64,000 bases of DNA. Origin: Cyanophyceae cyanobacterium (GTDB lineage: Bacteria > Cyanobacteriota > Cyanobacteriia > Cyanobacteriales > JBHJGN01). The stretch lies in NCBI GenBank assembly GCA_050331735.1, contig JBHJGN010000016.1, forward strand, positions 32,001 through 96,000, given 5' to 3'. Within the stretch, counting starts at the first letter, position 1; each line of letters begins with the position of its first letter. A model generated the notes under the pieces. It was given only the letters and a program-made list of their open reading frames with translations. It was not told the origin of the DNA and did not search any database. Shown piece after piece: positions 28,795 to 38,239 of this stretch. A program made the position numbers and the translations under genes.

Positions 28795-29731
28795 CGGATG
28801 CTGACCGATGTTTGAAAAAACTGAACGACCTCCAGCGAACAACTAGCATTAGCAACTCTTTCCTCCTGCAAAGCTGCACATCACGCCTTCTGCCTTGCAC
28901 CGGAGGGTCAGGACAATCATCCTACAGCCGATGCGATCTCTTTGTTAATGAGAGTAATACCAATTAGAAAAAGTAATAGGAGACTTGATGAGTTGGGGGA
29001 AAGCGTTAAAGGAAGCACAGCAGCTCTTTGCCCTAGAACCTCCAATGCTTCGATAGTTAAAGGATCTATATCACTATTTTCCGTAAATGGTATAACGCTA
29101 TGCCTGCATTTTCCGCTTGCTGAAACATTTTTCCTTTGTTATTCTCTCAACTCACAAAAAAGGAATAAAGACTCTGAGCGCGACAAGAAGAGAGCAGCTA
29201 TCCTTTTGAGCAATAATACTGACAGTGAGCTCTTGCTTATTTTAATTTGCGTGGTATTACAATTGCTCTTTTCCTATCTTGGCTTTGTAATCTGCAATCT
29301 TTTAATGCTTTTGACGAATCAACAAACTCTGTACAAAAGCATTGTTTCTAAAACACTTTTTCTGGATGACAAGTGGCAAGGTTGCCATTCATTTGAATCT
29401 TGCAACTAATTAAGCTTTTAACTTTTTAGGTTTTCAACATTTCCTGATTAGTTTTGTCTTTCTGCTGGTGCAGCGAGCTAAGTAATCCGTGTACGCACTG
29501 ACACATCAAGGTTAAAGCCTGAAAAATCAGTAGTATTACAATTTTTTCTTGCTGGCTCTGTTTTTACGATTGAAACCGAGAAGTGGATCTTTACCGAGTA
29601 TCGGCTATCGAAATATTGAGTTTTCAATTCTTTTCTCATTCAATGGGTGTTCATCGCTGAACGCAGTTTGGGATTTTAATCATTACCAAAAAAAATATTA
29701 ACAAGATTCGTTACTTAAACTATTTGCACCT

Positions 29732-32700
29732 ATGTCTAACAACTCATCTTTTCAAGATTATTTTGAAACTATTGATTCACTTTTTAGCACTAACTTAAGT
29801 GAGGATTTGGCCAATAGTGGCATGAGCGGGGAATTAGACAACGCGAATATTCAGCTCGCCTCATTTCAAGATTCCTCAACTGCTCAGCTTCTTCGTGAAA
29901 TGACTCCTGAAGCACCCAAGCCCAATCCTCTTCAGCAGTCAGAGAAGCGCCGCAATTTAGCATCGATCCAGCCCGAAGCGCTGCTCGACCGTTTCGCTGA
30001 TATTCGCCAACGGGCTCAACAGAATGACTTTCAAGAGCAGCTTAGCGCTAACAATGCCACACAGCGTTCTACAAACATACTAGCCGAAAAGATAGGCTGG
30101 CTCGGCAATGGTGGCCAGTCAACTATGGAGCACTTGCTCATCTGTAGCTGTGCCTATTGCCACAATCCTGTCTTTGAGACTCCAGAAGTTGAGCGATCGC
30201 CTCAGCCAAGTGGTTCTGCTGTTGAGGTGAGTCAGGCGCTAGCAGCACTACCGCTATTGAGCAGCAATCCGAATGCAGACGCTAAAATCTATCTCGACTT
30301 TAATGGACACGTCACCTCTAATACTTATTGGAACTCCAAGTACAAGGACGGTCAAGATTTTACAACTCCCGCGTATGATACTGATTCGGATACCAGTACC
30401 TTCAGTAGCTCTGAACTCGGCAGAATTGAAAAAATCTGGCAGCGAGTAGCCGAAGATTATGCTCCATTTAACGTTGACATTACCACCATCGACCCGGGGG
30501 ATTTTTCTGCCAAGTCAGGATTGCGGGTTGTCATTGGTGGTTCCTCAAAAAGTTGGTTCGGCAAAAGCGCCGGTGGCGTCGCCTTCATCAACTCGTGGCG
30601 GTGGAGTAGTGATACTCCTGTGTATGTTTTTGAAAATCAGTTGGGCAACGGCAACATTAAGTATACAGCCGAAGCTATTTCCCACGAAGTGGGCCACGCC
30701 CTGGGCTTGTATCATCAAAGTTCCTACAGTGCCAGCGGAGAGAAAACGTCTGAATATTATTCCGGTAGTGGTAAGGGAGAGACAGGTTGGGCTCCCATTA
30801 TGGGAAACAGCTACTCCAAAAATCTTACCACCTGGCATAACGGGACTAATAGCAAAGGCTCGGAGTCCTACCAGGATGAGCTCGCCATCATCGCTTCAGA
30901 TACGAACGGATTTGGCTATCGCGCTGACGACCACGGCAATACCAATGCCTCCGCAACACAACTAATCGGCAGTGAGACGGTTAGCGGTGCAGGCATTATC
31001 AGCACCAAAAACGATGTCGATGTATTTTCCTTCCAAACGGGGGCGGGAGACGTTAGTTTTGATATTGACGTGGCGACCGAAGGCGCCAACTTAGATATTG
31101 TTGCCGAGCTGTACCAAGGTAACAAGCGACTGCTGCGCAATAATCCAACGGACAAACTCGATGCGAGCTTGAGTACCTTTCTAGAGGCGGGGACATACTC
31201 CCTCCACATCAAAAGCAACGGCGATTACGGACGACTGGGCCAATACACGCTGCAAGGCAACATTAATCCTCTAAGCCAGCCTGACCCAATTCTCTCCGTC
31301 AGCGACGTCACCATCAGCGAAGGAAACAGTGACGAGGCTCAAGCACTAGTGACGGTAGAGTTGAATCAGCCATCCTCGAAACCAGTAGCTGTAAAGTACA
31401 CCACGGTAGATGGGAGTGCGATCGCCGCTGAAGATTACGTGGCTCAAAACGGCACTCTCACCTTCAATCCCGGTCAGACTCGCCAAACAATTGCCGTTGA
31501 CATCCTAGGCGATTTGCAAGCGGAGGACACCGAGACTTTCTCGCTTCAGTTTAGTCAAGCCACTAACGGACAGCTTTCCGATCCCGTCGCGACAGTTGCG
31601 ATTCTCGATGATGATGTAGCAGACTCCGTTACCGCAACCATCGCTGAAATTGGCCGAGTAGAGGCGATTAACCACCAGCAGCAAACCATTGTGCTTGACC
31701 AACGCTATACCAATCCGGTCGTTTTTGCCCAACCTCTGTCTCGCAATGGCGGTCAAACTGCCACAGTTCGCATCGACAATATTCAAAGCGATCGCTTTAC
31801 GGCCTCCATTCAAGAACCCGGTAATTTAGATAACTGGCATACCTCAGAAAGCTTTAGCTACCTGGTCGTCGAAGCCGGAACTTGGCAGCTAGCAGACGGC
31901 ACTTTTTTAGAAGCTGGCACCTTAAACACCAATGCCACCACCACAGATGCTTGGGCAACGGTTAACTGGGAGACAGACTTCGACGGAACTCCAGTAGTCC
32001 TGAGTAACCTACAGACTGACAATGATGCTGACTTCATGAACCTACGCCAGAAAAACATTGGGGCTGACGGCTTCCAAGTGGCGCTAGAAAAAGAAGAGGC
32101 GCTCAAAGGCTCTTCCTCTGCAACAGAAACGGTTGGCTGGCTAGCCATTTCCTCCGGGCAAGGCCAATTCAACGATCTCACCTACGAAGCAGGCTACACC
32201 GGAGATACTCTCACCCATCGGTGGCATACTTTAAACTTTGAGCAAAGCTTTGCAGAGGAACCAAAACTCTTAGCTTCTATCAGCAGCTTCGACGGTGGCG
32301 ATCCGGTCGGATTGCGCTACGAGAAACTGACCACGACAGGAGTCAAGCTCATGCTTGATGAAGATACTAGCCGAGACACAGAAACGGACCACACCAGCGA
32401 AAACGTGGGCTATTTAGCCATCGAAGGCAGCGGATTACTGACAGGCCAAGCGATTGAGCCTTTGACCGGAAAAGCGAGCACCGCTGAAGCGCTCGTTGGG
32501 GAAGCGGACATTCTCATGGGGTCCGCCAACTCAGATCGGTTTACTCTCCGTCCCAAGGAGCAAAGTGACGATCGTCCTTATCTCATTGTCGACTTCGATC
32601 CCAGTCAAGACATGATTCAACTATACGGCAGTGCAGACGCTTATACCCTACGGGCAGCTTCCGGTATGTCAGGCACCGCTATCTATCATACGCAGCAAGA

Positions 32701-32764
32701 CGAACTTGTTGGGGTAGTGGCAGGAGAAACTCTTGGACTTGATTCCTTGAGCTTTATCTCATAG
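29732..32764 (+). CDS. Large secreted zinc metalloprotease (metzincin) with PPC and Calx-beta domains and C-terminal repeats
   Basis: HEVGHALGLYH zinc motif, WAPIMG Met-turn, DDHGNT, DVDVFSF (PPC), Calx-beta TLTFNPGQT..DTETF, three HxxExxxYLxxE-type repeats. Confidence 0.85.
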   Translation: MSNNSSFQDYFETIDSLFSTNLSEDLANSGMSGELDNANIQLASFQDSSTAQLLREMTPEAPKPNPLQQSEKRRNLASIQPEALLDRFADIRQRAQQNDFQEQLSANNATQRSTNILAEKIGWLGNGGQSTMEHLLICSCAYCHNPVFETPEVERSPQPSGSAVEVSQALAALPLLSSNPNADAKIYLDFNGHVTSNTYWNSKYKDGQDFTTPAYDTDSDTSTFSSSELGRIEKIWQRVAEDYAPFNVDITTIDPGDFSAKSGLRVVIGGSSKSWFGKSAGGVAFINSWRWSSDTPVYVFENQLGNGNIKYTAEAISHEVGHALGLYHQSSYSASGEKTSEYYSGSGKGETGWAPIMGNSYSKNLTTWHNGTNSKGSESYQDELAIIASDTNGFGYRADDHGNTNASATQLIGSETVSGAGIISTKNDVDVFSFQTGAGDVSFDIDVATEGANLDIVAELYQGNKRLLRNNPTDKLDASLSTFLEAGTYSLHIKSNGDYGRLGQYTLQGNINPLSQPDPILSVSDVTISEGNSDEAQALVTVELNQPSSKPVAVKYTTVDGSAIAAEDYVAQNGTLTFNPGQTRQTIAVDILGDLQAEDTETFSLQFSQATNGQLSDPVATVAILDDDVADSVTATIAEIGRVEAINHQQQTIVLDQRYTNPVVFAQPLSRNGGQTATVRIDNIQSDRFTASIQEPGNLDNWHTSESFSYLVVEAGTWQLADGTFLEAGTLNTNATTTDAWATVNWETDFDGTPVVLSNLQTDNDADFMNLRQKNIGADGFQVALEKEEALKGSSSATETVGWLAISSGQGQFNDLTYEAGYTGDTLTHRWHTLNFEQSFAEEPKLLASISSFDGGDPVGLRYEKLTTTGVKLMLDEDTSRDTETDHTSENVGYLAIEGSGLLTGQAIEPLTGKASTAEALVGEADILMGSANSDRFTLRPKEQSDDRPYLIVDFDPSQDMIQLYGSADAYTLRAASGMSGTAIYHTQQDELVGVVAGETLGLDSLSFIS

Positions 32765-32826
32765 GTTCCTCCAGGACGGGGCAAGAATACAGGAGCAAGG
32801 AATAAGCTGAGTCCCCCTCCCTTGGC

Positions 32827-32955
32827 CCTTTTCCCTGCGCCGTGCCTCCTGCGGAAGAACTGCGTAAACGCGTTAGCGTCTCCGCAGGAGAAGGCGCTTC
32901 CCCTTTCCCCGTTGCGGAGCACCTGTTTGCCCCTTTTCCCGCGCTCACGGCGCTA
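32827..32955. repeat. Nested small dispersed palindromic repeats in CCCTTTT-type tracts
   Basis: CCTTTTCCCT-GCGCC..[CTCCTGCGGA..TCCGCAGGAG]..GGCGCT, plus a second unit CCTTTTCCC-GCGCTCACGGCGCTA. Confidence 0.6.
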
Positions 32956-33095
32956 ACGTATTGCCCGATACAAAACCTCGTCAAGAGTCAGTTTTTCCTG
33001 TTCCTCTTTGGCAATCTTTGACTTTTAATTTTAATTATGTACCGGACAGTCATACACTTGACTTGGAAGGTATTGGCAGTCGAGAGGTTTATTTA

Positions 33096-34385
33096 GTGAA
33101 AAACGTATTAGGCATTATCCTGGGAGGAGGCGCAGGAACCCGTCTCTACCCACTAACCAAGCTACGGGCGAAACCTGCCGTTCCTCTGGCAGGTAAATAT
33201 CGACTTATTGATATTCCCGTTAGTAACTGTATTAATTCGGAAATTACAAAGATTTATGTACTAACTCAATATAATTCAGCTTCTTTAAACCGTCACTTGA
33301 CTCGGACTTACAGCTTTCCTGGTTTTACTGAAGGGTTTGTTGAGGTGTTAGCCGCTCAGCAGACGGCTGAGAATGACGGCTGGTTTCAGGGAACGGCTGA
33401 TGCTGTCCGCCAGTATCTGTGGCTGATGCGGGAATGGAAGGTCGATGAACATCTCATTCTGTCAGGCGACCATCTTTACCGAATGGACTATCGCCACTTT
33501 ATCGAGCATCATCGCGCCACCGACGCTGATATTACCCTATCTGTTCTTCCAATCGATGAAAAGCGCGCCTCTAGCTTTGGCTTGATGAAGATCGACGATA
33601 ACGGCAGAATCATCGACTTTAGCGAGAAACCGAAAGGGGACGCTCTCAAGCAAATGCAGGTTGATACGACTACGTTAGGATTATCATCAGAGCTAGCGAA
33701 AGAAAGTCCCTACATTGCTTCGATGGGAATTTACGTCTTCAAAAAAGATGTCTTGATTAAGCTACTCGAAGAAAATCCAGAGCAAACCGATTTCGGGAAA
33801 GAAATTCTGCCTAGTTCTGCTACAGACTACAACGTTCAAGCTTACCTATATAAAGATTACTGGGAAGATATTGGAACCATTGAAGCTTTCTATGAGGCGA
33901 ACTTGGCTCTGACACAACAGCCTCAGCCACCCTTCAGTTTCTACGACGAAACGGCCCCCATTTATACTCGCGCTCGTTATTTACCGCCGACCAAAATCCT
34001 TAACAGCGAAATCACTGAGTCGATGGTTAGTGAAGGCTGTATTGTGAAAAATTGCCGCATTCATCACTGCGTACTGGGTATTCGCAGTCGCGTAGAAGCC
34101 GACTGCACAATTGAAGACAGCTTGCTCATGGGGGCAGACTTCTACGAACCCTTTGCTGAGCGCGAATCCGGAATGCAGAGTGGTCGAGTTCCTGTTGGCA
34201 TTGGTTCTGGATCGACAATCCGTAAAGCCATTGTTGATAAAAACGCTCGCATTGGTCGAAACACGGTTATTACCAATAAAGATAGAGTAGAAGAATCTAA
34301 CCGCGAAGACGAAGGATTCTATATTCGCAGTGGTGTCACCGTCATCTTAAAGAACGCGACTATTCCCGATGGTACTGTCATTTAA
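33096..34385 (+). CDS. glgC: Glucose-1-phosphate adenylyltransferase (ADP-glucose pyrophosphorylase)
   Basis: [47 protein letters not shown] at 33096 after GAGG gives 429 aa. Confidence 0.97.
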   Translation: MKNVLGIILGGGAGTRLYPLTKLRAKPAVPLAGKYRLIDIPVSNCINSEITKIYVLTQYNSASLNRHLTRTYSFPGFTEGFVEVLAAQQTAENDGWFQGTADAVRQYLWLMREWKVDEHLILSGDHLYRMDYRHFIEHHRATDADITLSVLPIDEKRASSFGLMKIDDNGRIIDFSEKPKGDALKQMQVDTTTLGLSSELAKESPYIASMGIYVFKKDVLIKLLEENPEQTDFGKEILPSSATDYNVQAYLYKDYWEDIGTIEAFYEANLALTQQPQPPFSFYDETAPIYTRARYLPPTKILNSEITESMVSEGCIVKNCRIHHCVLGIRSRVEADCTIEDSLLMGADFYEPFAERESGMQSGRVPVGIGSGSTIRKAIVDKNARIGRNTVITNKDRVEESNREDEGFYIRSGVTVILKNATIPDGTVI

Positions 34386-34475
34386 GGGGATGCTGTAAAT
34401 TGAGTCAGCGTTGGGGTAGAGTGGCCGCTCTGCCCTTTTCTGCTCTTTACCAATGAATGCAGTGGAGTAACTCCT

Positions 34476-34658
34476 TTAGCAAGTTGCATCGAGCCAGTCC
34501 CACAAAAGCTCTAGCTGATTTAAGGTGATTAGCCCATACTGCCAAAGTACGATCGAGAGCTGATGAGGGGTTTCTCCGCCCTGCCTTTGTGCTAGCGTCA
34601 GTGAATCTGCTGAAATAGCTAATTCTTCACGGAGGAACTTCCAGAACTGAGGTGTCAT
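34476..34658 (-). CDS. Small cyanobacterial protein, DUF2949-like
   Basis: FLREELAIS...IVLWQYGLITLNQLELLWDWL pattern. Confidence 0.75.
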   Translation of the reverse strand: MTPQFWKFLREELAISADSLTLAQRQGGETPHQLSIVLWQYGLITLNQLELLWDWLDATC

Positions 34659-35161
34659 TGTCTTCTAAAATTGTAGGCCTTGCCATCTAGTTAGCTTCCA
34701 AGCCATTCAATTTGATGATGCTGAAGAGGACAAGTACTCGGCTGCCACAGCATCATGAGGTGCGCTGAACTAGTTGAGCATGTTCATTAAAGCATTCAAT
34801 CACGACTACCGAAAAGCCAAGTTAGCGAAGTTTTAGTAAAGATTAACCAGAGCAAGACAAAGTTTTTGCAAAGGAATCCGAGGCTAGTCTACTAGGCTCT
34901 TCATCCTACCAATCTAACAAGTAGCACTCCCGAACCTGTTGCGGACTGGCGGCACTGGCTTTTAGGGCAAAACTGTCAAGAATCACGCCACTACAAGCTA
35001 CCGAGCACAGTTAGCGAAAAGATATCAAACCCGGTTTTGTTGAAGGCTGCACTATTGAGCCACTGTGCCGGAATACACATCCCCACTGGCTTTGTTGTTA
35101 GTATCTATTTAACTGTCCAGTAAATTGAAGTATTAACGCGACTGGAATAGCGAGCAAGTTT

Positions 35162-36562
35162 ATGACGATTCAAGTAATTGGTGGCGGACTGGCCGGAACC
35201 GAAGCCGCGTGGCAAATTGCTCAGGCAGGAGTGCCAGTGGTGCTCCACGAAATGCGCCCACTCAAAAAGAGTCCGGCGCATCACAGTGCCGAATTAGCTG
35301 AATTAGTGTGCAGTAACTCCTTTGGAGCCATGTCGAGCGATCGCGCTGCCGGACTCCTCCACGAAGAACTACGTCGCCTCGGCTCGATTGTTATTAGTAC
35401 CGCCAACAAACACGCTGTTCCAGCCGGAGGCGCTTTAGCCGTCGATCGCGCCGTGTTTAGCCGCGAACTCACCGCCACTCTCGCTAACCATCCCCTTATT
35501 GAGCTCCGCCGCTCAGAGGTAACGCACATTCCCACTGAAGGAATTGTCGTTCTTACGACCGGTCCGCTCACCAGTCCCTCCCTGGCCGCCAATTTGCAGC
35601 GTTTAACGGGAATGGAATACTTGAGCTTTTTCGATGCCGCTAGCCCCATTATTGTCGGAGAATCGATCGCTCGAAATGTTGCTTTTCTTGCTTCGCGCTA
35701 CGACAAAGGGGAAGCCGCCTACCTCAACTGCCCCATGAACCGCGAGCAGTACCTCCACTTCAGGCAAGAACTCTGCGCCGCACAGCAGGCAGAACTAAAA
35801 GATTTTGAACGAGACTCCGCCCAGTTTTTTGAAGGCTGTTTGCCCATTGAAGAACTAGCGCAGCGAGGAGAAGATACCATGCGCTACGGTCCCCTGAAGC
35901 CCGTAGGACTGTTTGATGCTCGCCTCGGAGATTTCCGCGACCCGGAAAACCGCTCCAACCGACCTTATGCCGTAGTGCAGCTTCGCCAGGAAGACAAGGC
36001 TGGACAGCTCTGGAATCTGGTCGGGTTTCAAACCAACCTGCGCTGGGGCGAACAGAAGCGCGTCTTTCGGCTCATTCCTGGACTCGAAGCAGCGGAATTT
36101 GTGCGCATGGGTGTTATGCACCGCAACACCTTTATTAATTCTCCTCAGCTTTTGCACCCATCGCTCCAGCTTAAGCAGAGAGCAACCCTGTTTGCCGCTG
36201 GCCAACTGGTGGGCACCGAAGGATACACTGCCGCCGCCGCTGGCGGATGGCTAGCGGGGACAAACGCTGCACGACAAGCGCGAGGATTAGAGCCGCTCGT
36301 GCTGCCGGGAACAACCATGATGGGGGCGCTGTTTGAGTTTATTAGTACAGCTTCTCCAAAGCACTTTCAGCCGATGCCGCCCAACTTCGGCATTCTCCCC
36401 TCGCTACCACAGCGGATTCGCAACAAACGAGAGCGTTACGGAGTCTACCGTGATCGCGCTCTAGCCGATTTGGCCATCTGGCAGTCTCGGTTTGCAGCTC
36501 CCGTGACTCCGGCAGCTAGAAGCGAGGGAGAAAGCCTATCCCCTATAGGATTAGGAGGATAA
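35162..36562 (+). CDS. trmFO: FAD/folate-dependent tRNA (uracil-5-)-methyltransferase TrmFO (Gid)
   Basis: [53 protein letters not shown]. Confidence 0.97.
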   Translation: MTIQVIGGGLAGTEAAWQIAQAGVPVVLHEMRPLKKSPAHHSAELAELVCSNSFGAMSSDRAAGLLHEELRRLGSIVISTANKHAVPAGGALAVDRAVFSRELTATLANHPLIELRRSEVTHIPTEGIVVLTTGPLTSPSLAANLQRLTGMEYLSFFDAASPIIVGESIARNVAFLASRYDKGEAAYLNCPMNREQYLHFRQELCAAQQAELKDFERDSAQFFEGCLPIEELAQRGEDTMRYGPLKPVGLFDARLGDFRDPENRSNRPYAVVQLRQEDKAGQLWNLVGFQTNLRWGEQKRVFRLIPGLEAAEFVRMGVMHRNTFINSPQLLHPSLQLKQRATLFAAGQLVGTEGYTAAAAGGWLAGTNAARQARGLEPLVLPGTTMMGALFEFISTASPKHFQPMPPNFGILPSLPQRIRNKRERYGVYRDRALADLAIWQSRFAAPVTPAARSEGESLSPIGLGG

Positions 36563-36617
36563 GTCGCCCCGTTGCTTTGTTACTAGTCATTGGTCGATTG
36601 TCCGAATGACTAATAAC

Positions 36618-36760
36618 GCAAAAGCCCGATGCCGTGTTTGCTCGGGATGAGCTGACTAGTATTCCTGGGGAAATAGCTCTCTCTGGCGACGTGAAGTAAA
36701 CGATGGCGGAACTGCCTTGACTGTTTAAAGCGAGCGAATACCTATCGGCAAAGCTTTTGA
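36618..36760 (+). ncRNA. Putative structured non-coding RNA of about 145 nt, family not identified
   Basis: Nested stems CAAAAGC/GCTTTTG, CCGAT/ATCGG and GTGTTTGCTCG/CGAGCGAATAC close two internal hairpins. G-U pairs favour the + strand. Confidence 0.55.
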
Positions 36761-37136
36761 CCGAAGACGCAATATTACTTTACAAAACTTGTTATAAACT
36801 TAATTAGCGAGATAAATCTAAAGAAACTCTTACGAAAGACCGATGCAGAGAAAAAAGCTGCCATTATATTCTGTAGTTACATAAACAACGGGGTCAGCCA
36901 AAATAAAGACCCTGACTATATTAAAACTTTTAAGATAAGGGCGCTAGCTTTGCTAAAACCAGCGAGTTAGCGCTTTTAGCATTTGAATGAGTGAGGGTGA
37001 CGTTTGCTGTCATACAGGCAGAAAAGCTAATCGATGTTGTCGCGAGGATTTTTAGCGGCCAAAGATGCTCCTTCTAGCAGAAAATAGGAGACAGTTTCAT
37101 TGAGACTCCTTTCTGCTGTTTTAAATTGACTAATTA

Positions 37137-38120
37137 ATGCCTATTCAAACTTTGGAGTTACCGAGCGATCGCTACATTTGGGATTGCTGGTTCGCTCAGC
37201 ACAACTCGGAATATCATCTTTTTTACCTCCACGCTCCCAAAACCATCGCCAACCCCGAACTGCGCCACTGGAACGTCGCCATCGGTCATGCTTGTTCTAC
37301 AGACCTGCAAAAGTGGGAACTGCTGCCGGATGCCCTACACCCCGGTCCTGAGTTTGAAAAGTATACCTGGACGGGAAGCACCCTGTATCACCGTAACCAG
37401 TGGTATTTATTCTTCTCCTACTCCCGCAGTCAAGAGCGCGGTTTAATTCAGCGCGTTGGGGTAGCAACATCGACGGATGCCGTTACCTGGCACGAGCATC
37501 CAGAACCCATTATCGAGGCAGATCCGCGCTACTACGAACAGCTCGACCTCGACCTCTGGCACGACCAGTCGTGGCGCGACCCGTGGGTGTTTCAGCATCC
37601 CTCGGGAGACTTCTACGCCCTGATTACGGCCCGGGCGAATCACGGTCATCCCCAGACGCGAGGCGTGATTGCTCTAGCACGGGCGCTGACACCCGAGCTG
37701 TTGACGTGGGAGGTACTGCCTCCCATAGCGCAGCCGCAGCAGTATGGAGCGATGGAGTGTCCGCAACTGGTGTTCATTGATGGACGCTACTATCTCATCT
37801 TTTCCAGTCTTCCCTTTCATACTTCAGGAGAAATGGGAACTTACTACATGGTCGGAGACGCTCCTCTTGGACCCTTCTCAGAGCCTAGAAAACTGTGTGT
37901 CGATCCGATTGGTCGTTTCTATGCTGGTAAGCTCTTGCAGAGTACTGACGGAGAATGGTACTTTGTCGCCTGGCGCAATTTGGCTAGAGACTGCACCTTC
38001 TTAGGCGATTTGATTGCTCCCGTCCCGGTACGGATTGATCGAGCCGGGTATTTATCATTGCCAGAACTCCAAAACAGGCTGAGCGAACTGCAATCATTCT
38101 CTTGCCCAGTGACAACATAA
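37137..38120 (+). CDS. Glycoside hydrolase clan J (GH32/GH68-like) beta-fructofuranosidase
   Basis: WDCW (nucleophile Asp), WTGS, WRDPWV (RDP), MECPQL (acid/base Glu), FYAGK; no signal peptide. Confidence 0.8.
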   Translation: MPIQTLELPSDRYIWDCWFAQHNSEYHLFYLHAPKTIANPELRHWNVAIGHACSTDLQKWELLPDALHPGPEFEKYTWTGSTLYHRNQWYLFFSYSRSQERGLIQRVGVATSTDAVTWHEHPEPIIEADPRYYEQLDLDLWHDQSWRDPWVFQHPSGDFYALITARANHGHPQTRGVIALARALTPELLTWEVLPPIAQPQQYGAMECPQLVFIDGRYYLIFSSLPFHTSGEMGTYYMVGDAPLGPFSEPRKLCVDPIGRFYAGKLLQSTDGEWYFVAWRNLARDCTFLGDLIAPVPVRIDRAGYLSLPELQNRLSELQSFSCPVTT

Positions 38121-38239
38121 CACGACTTCTTGTGCTGAAGTGTTACACAAATTTAGAGCCTGGGTAAAGGGAAAGGGGGATGGCGCCTCTTCTGTAGTCA
38201 GAGGACAATTAACAATTAACAAGAAACAAATTTTGGCCT

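Noticed and set aside
28942..29409. 155-aa ORF
   Set aside because: AT-rich, TTG start, no motif, implausible composition; probably an intergenic or regulatory region
32961..33095. N-terminal extension of GlgC (also the long starts offered for psaF at 51977, tnpA at 22790 and ftrV at 60038)
   Set aside because: Downstream starts give family-typical N-termini and lengths; the extensions overlap promoters or neighbouring genes
36618..36760. 6S RNA, cobalamin or other known riboswitch, or retron msr-msd
   Set aside because: Shorter than 6S and multibranched rather than rod-shaped with a central bubble; no riboswitch core motif that I recognise; no reverse transcriptase nearby
36872..36887. NtcA site (TGTA-N8-AACA)
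   Set aside because: Mismatch in the TAC half-site and no properly spaced -10 box
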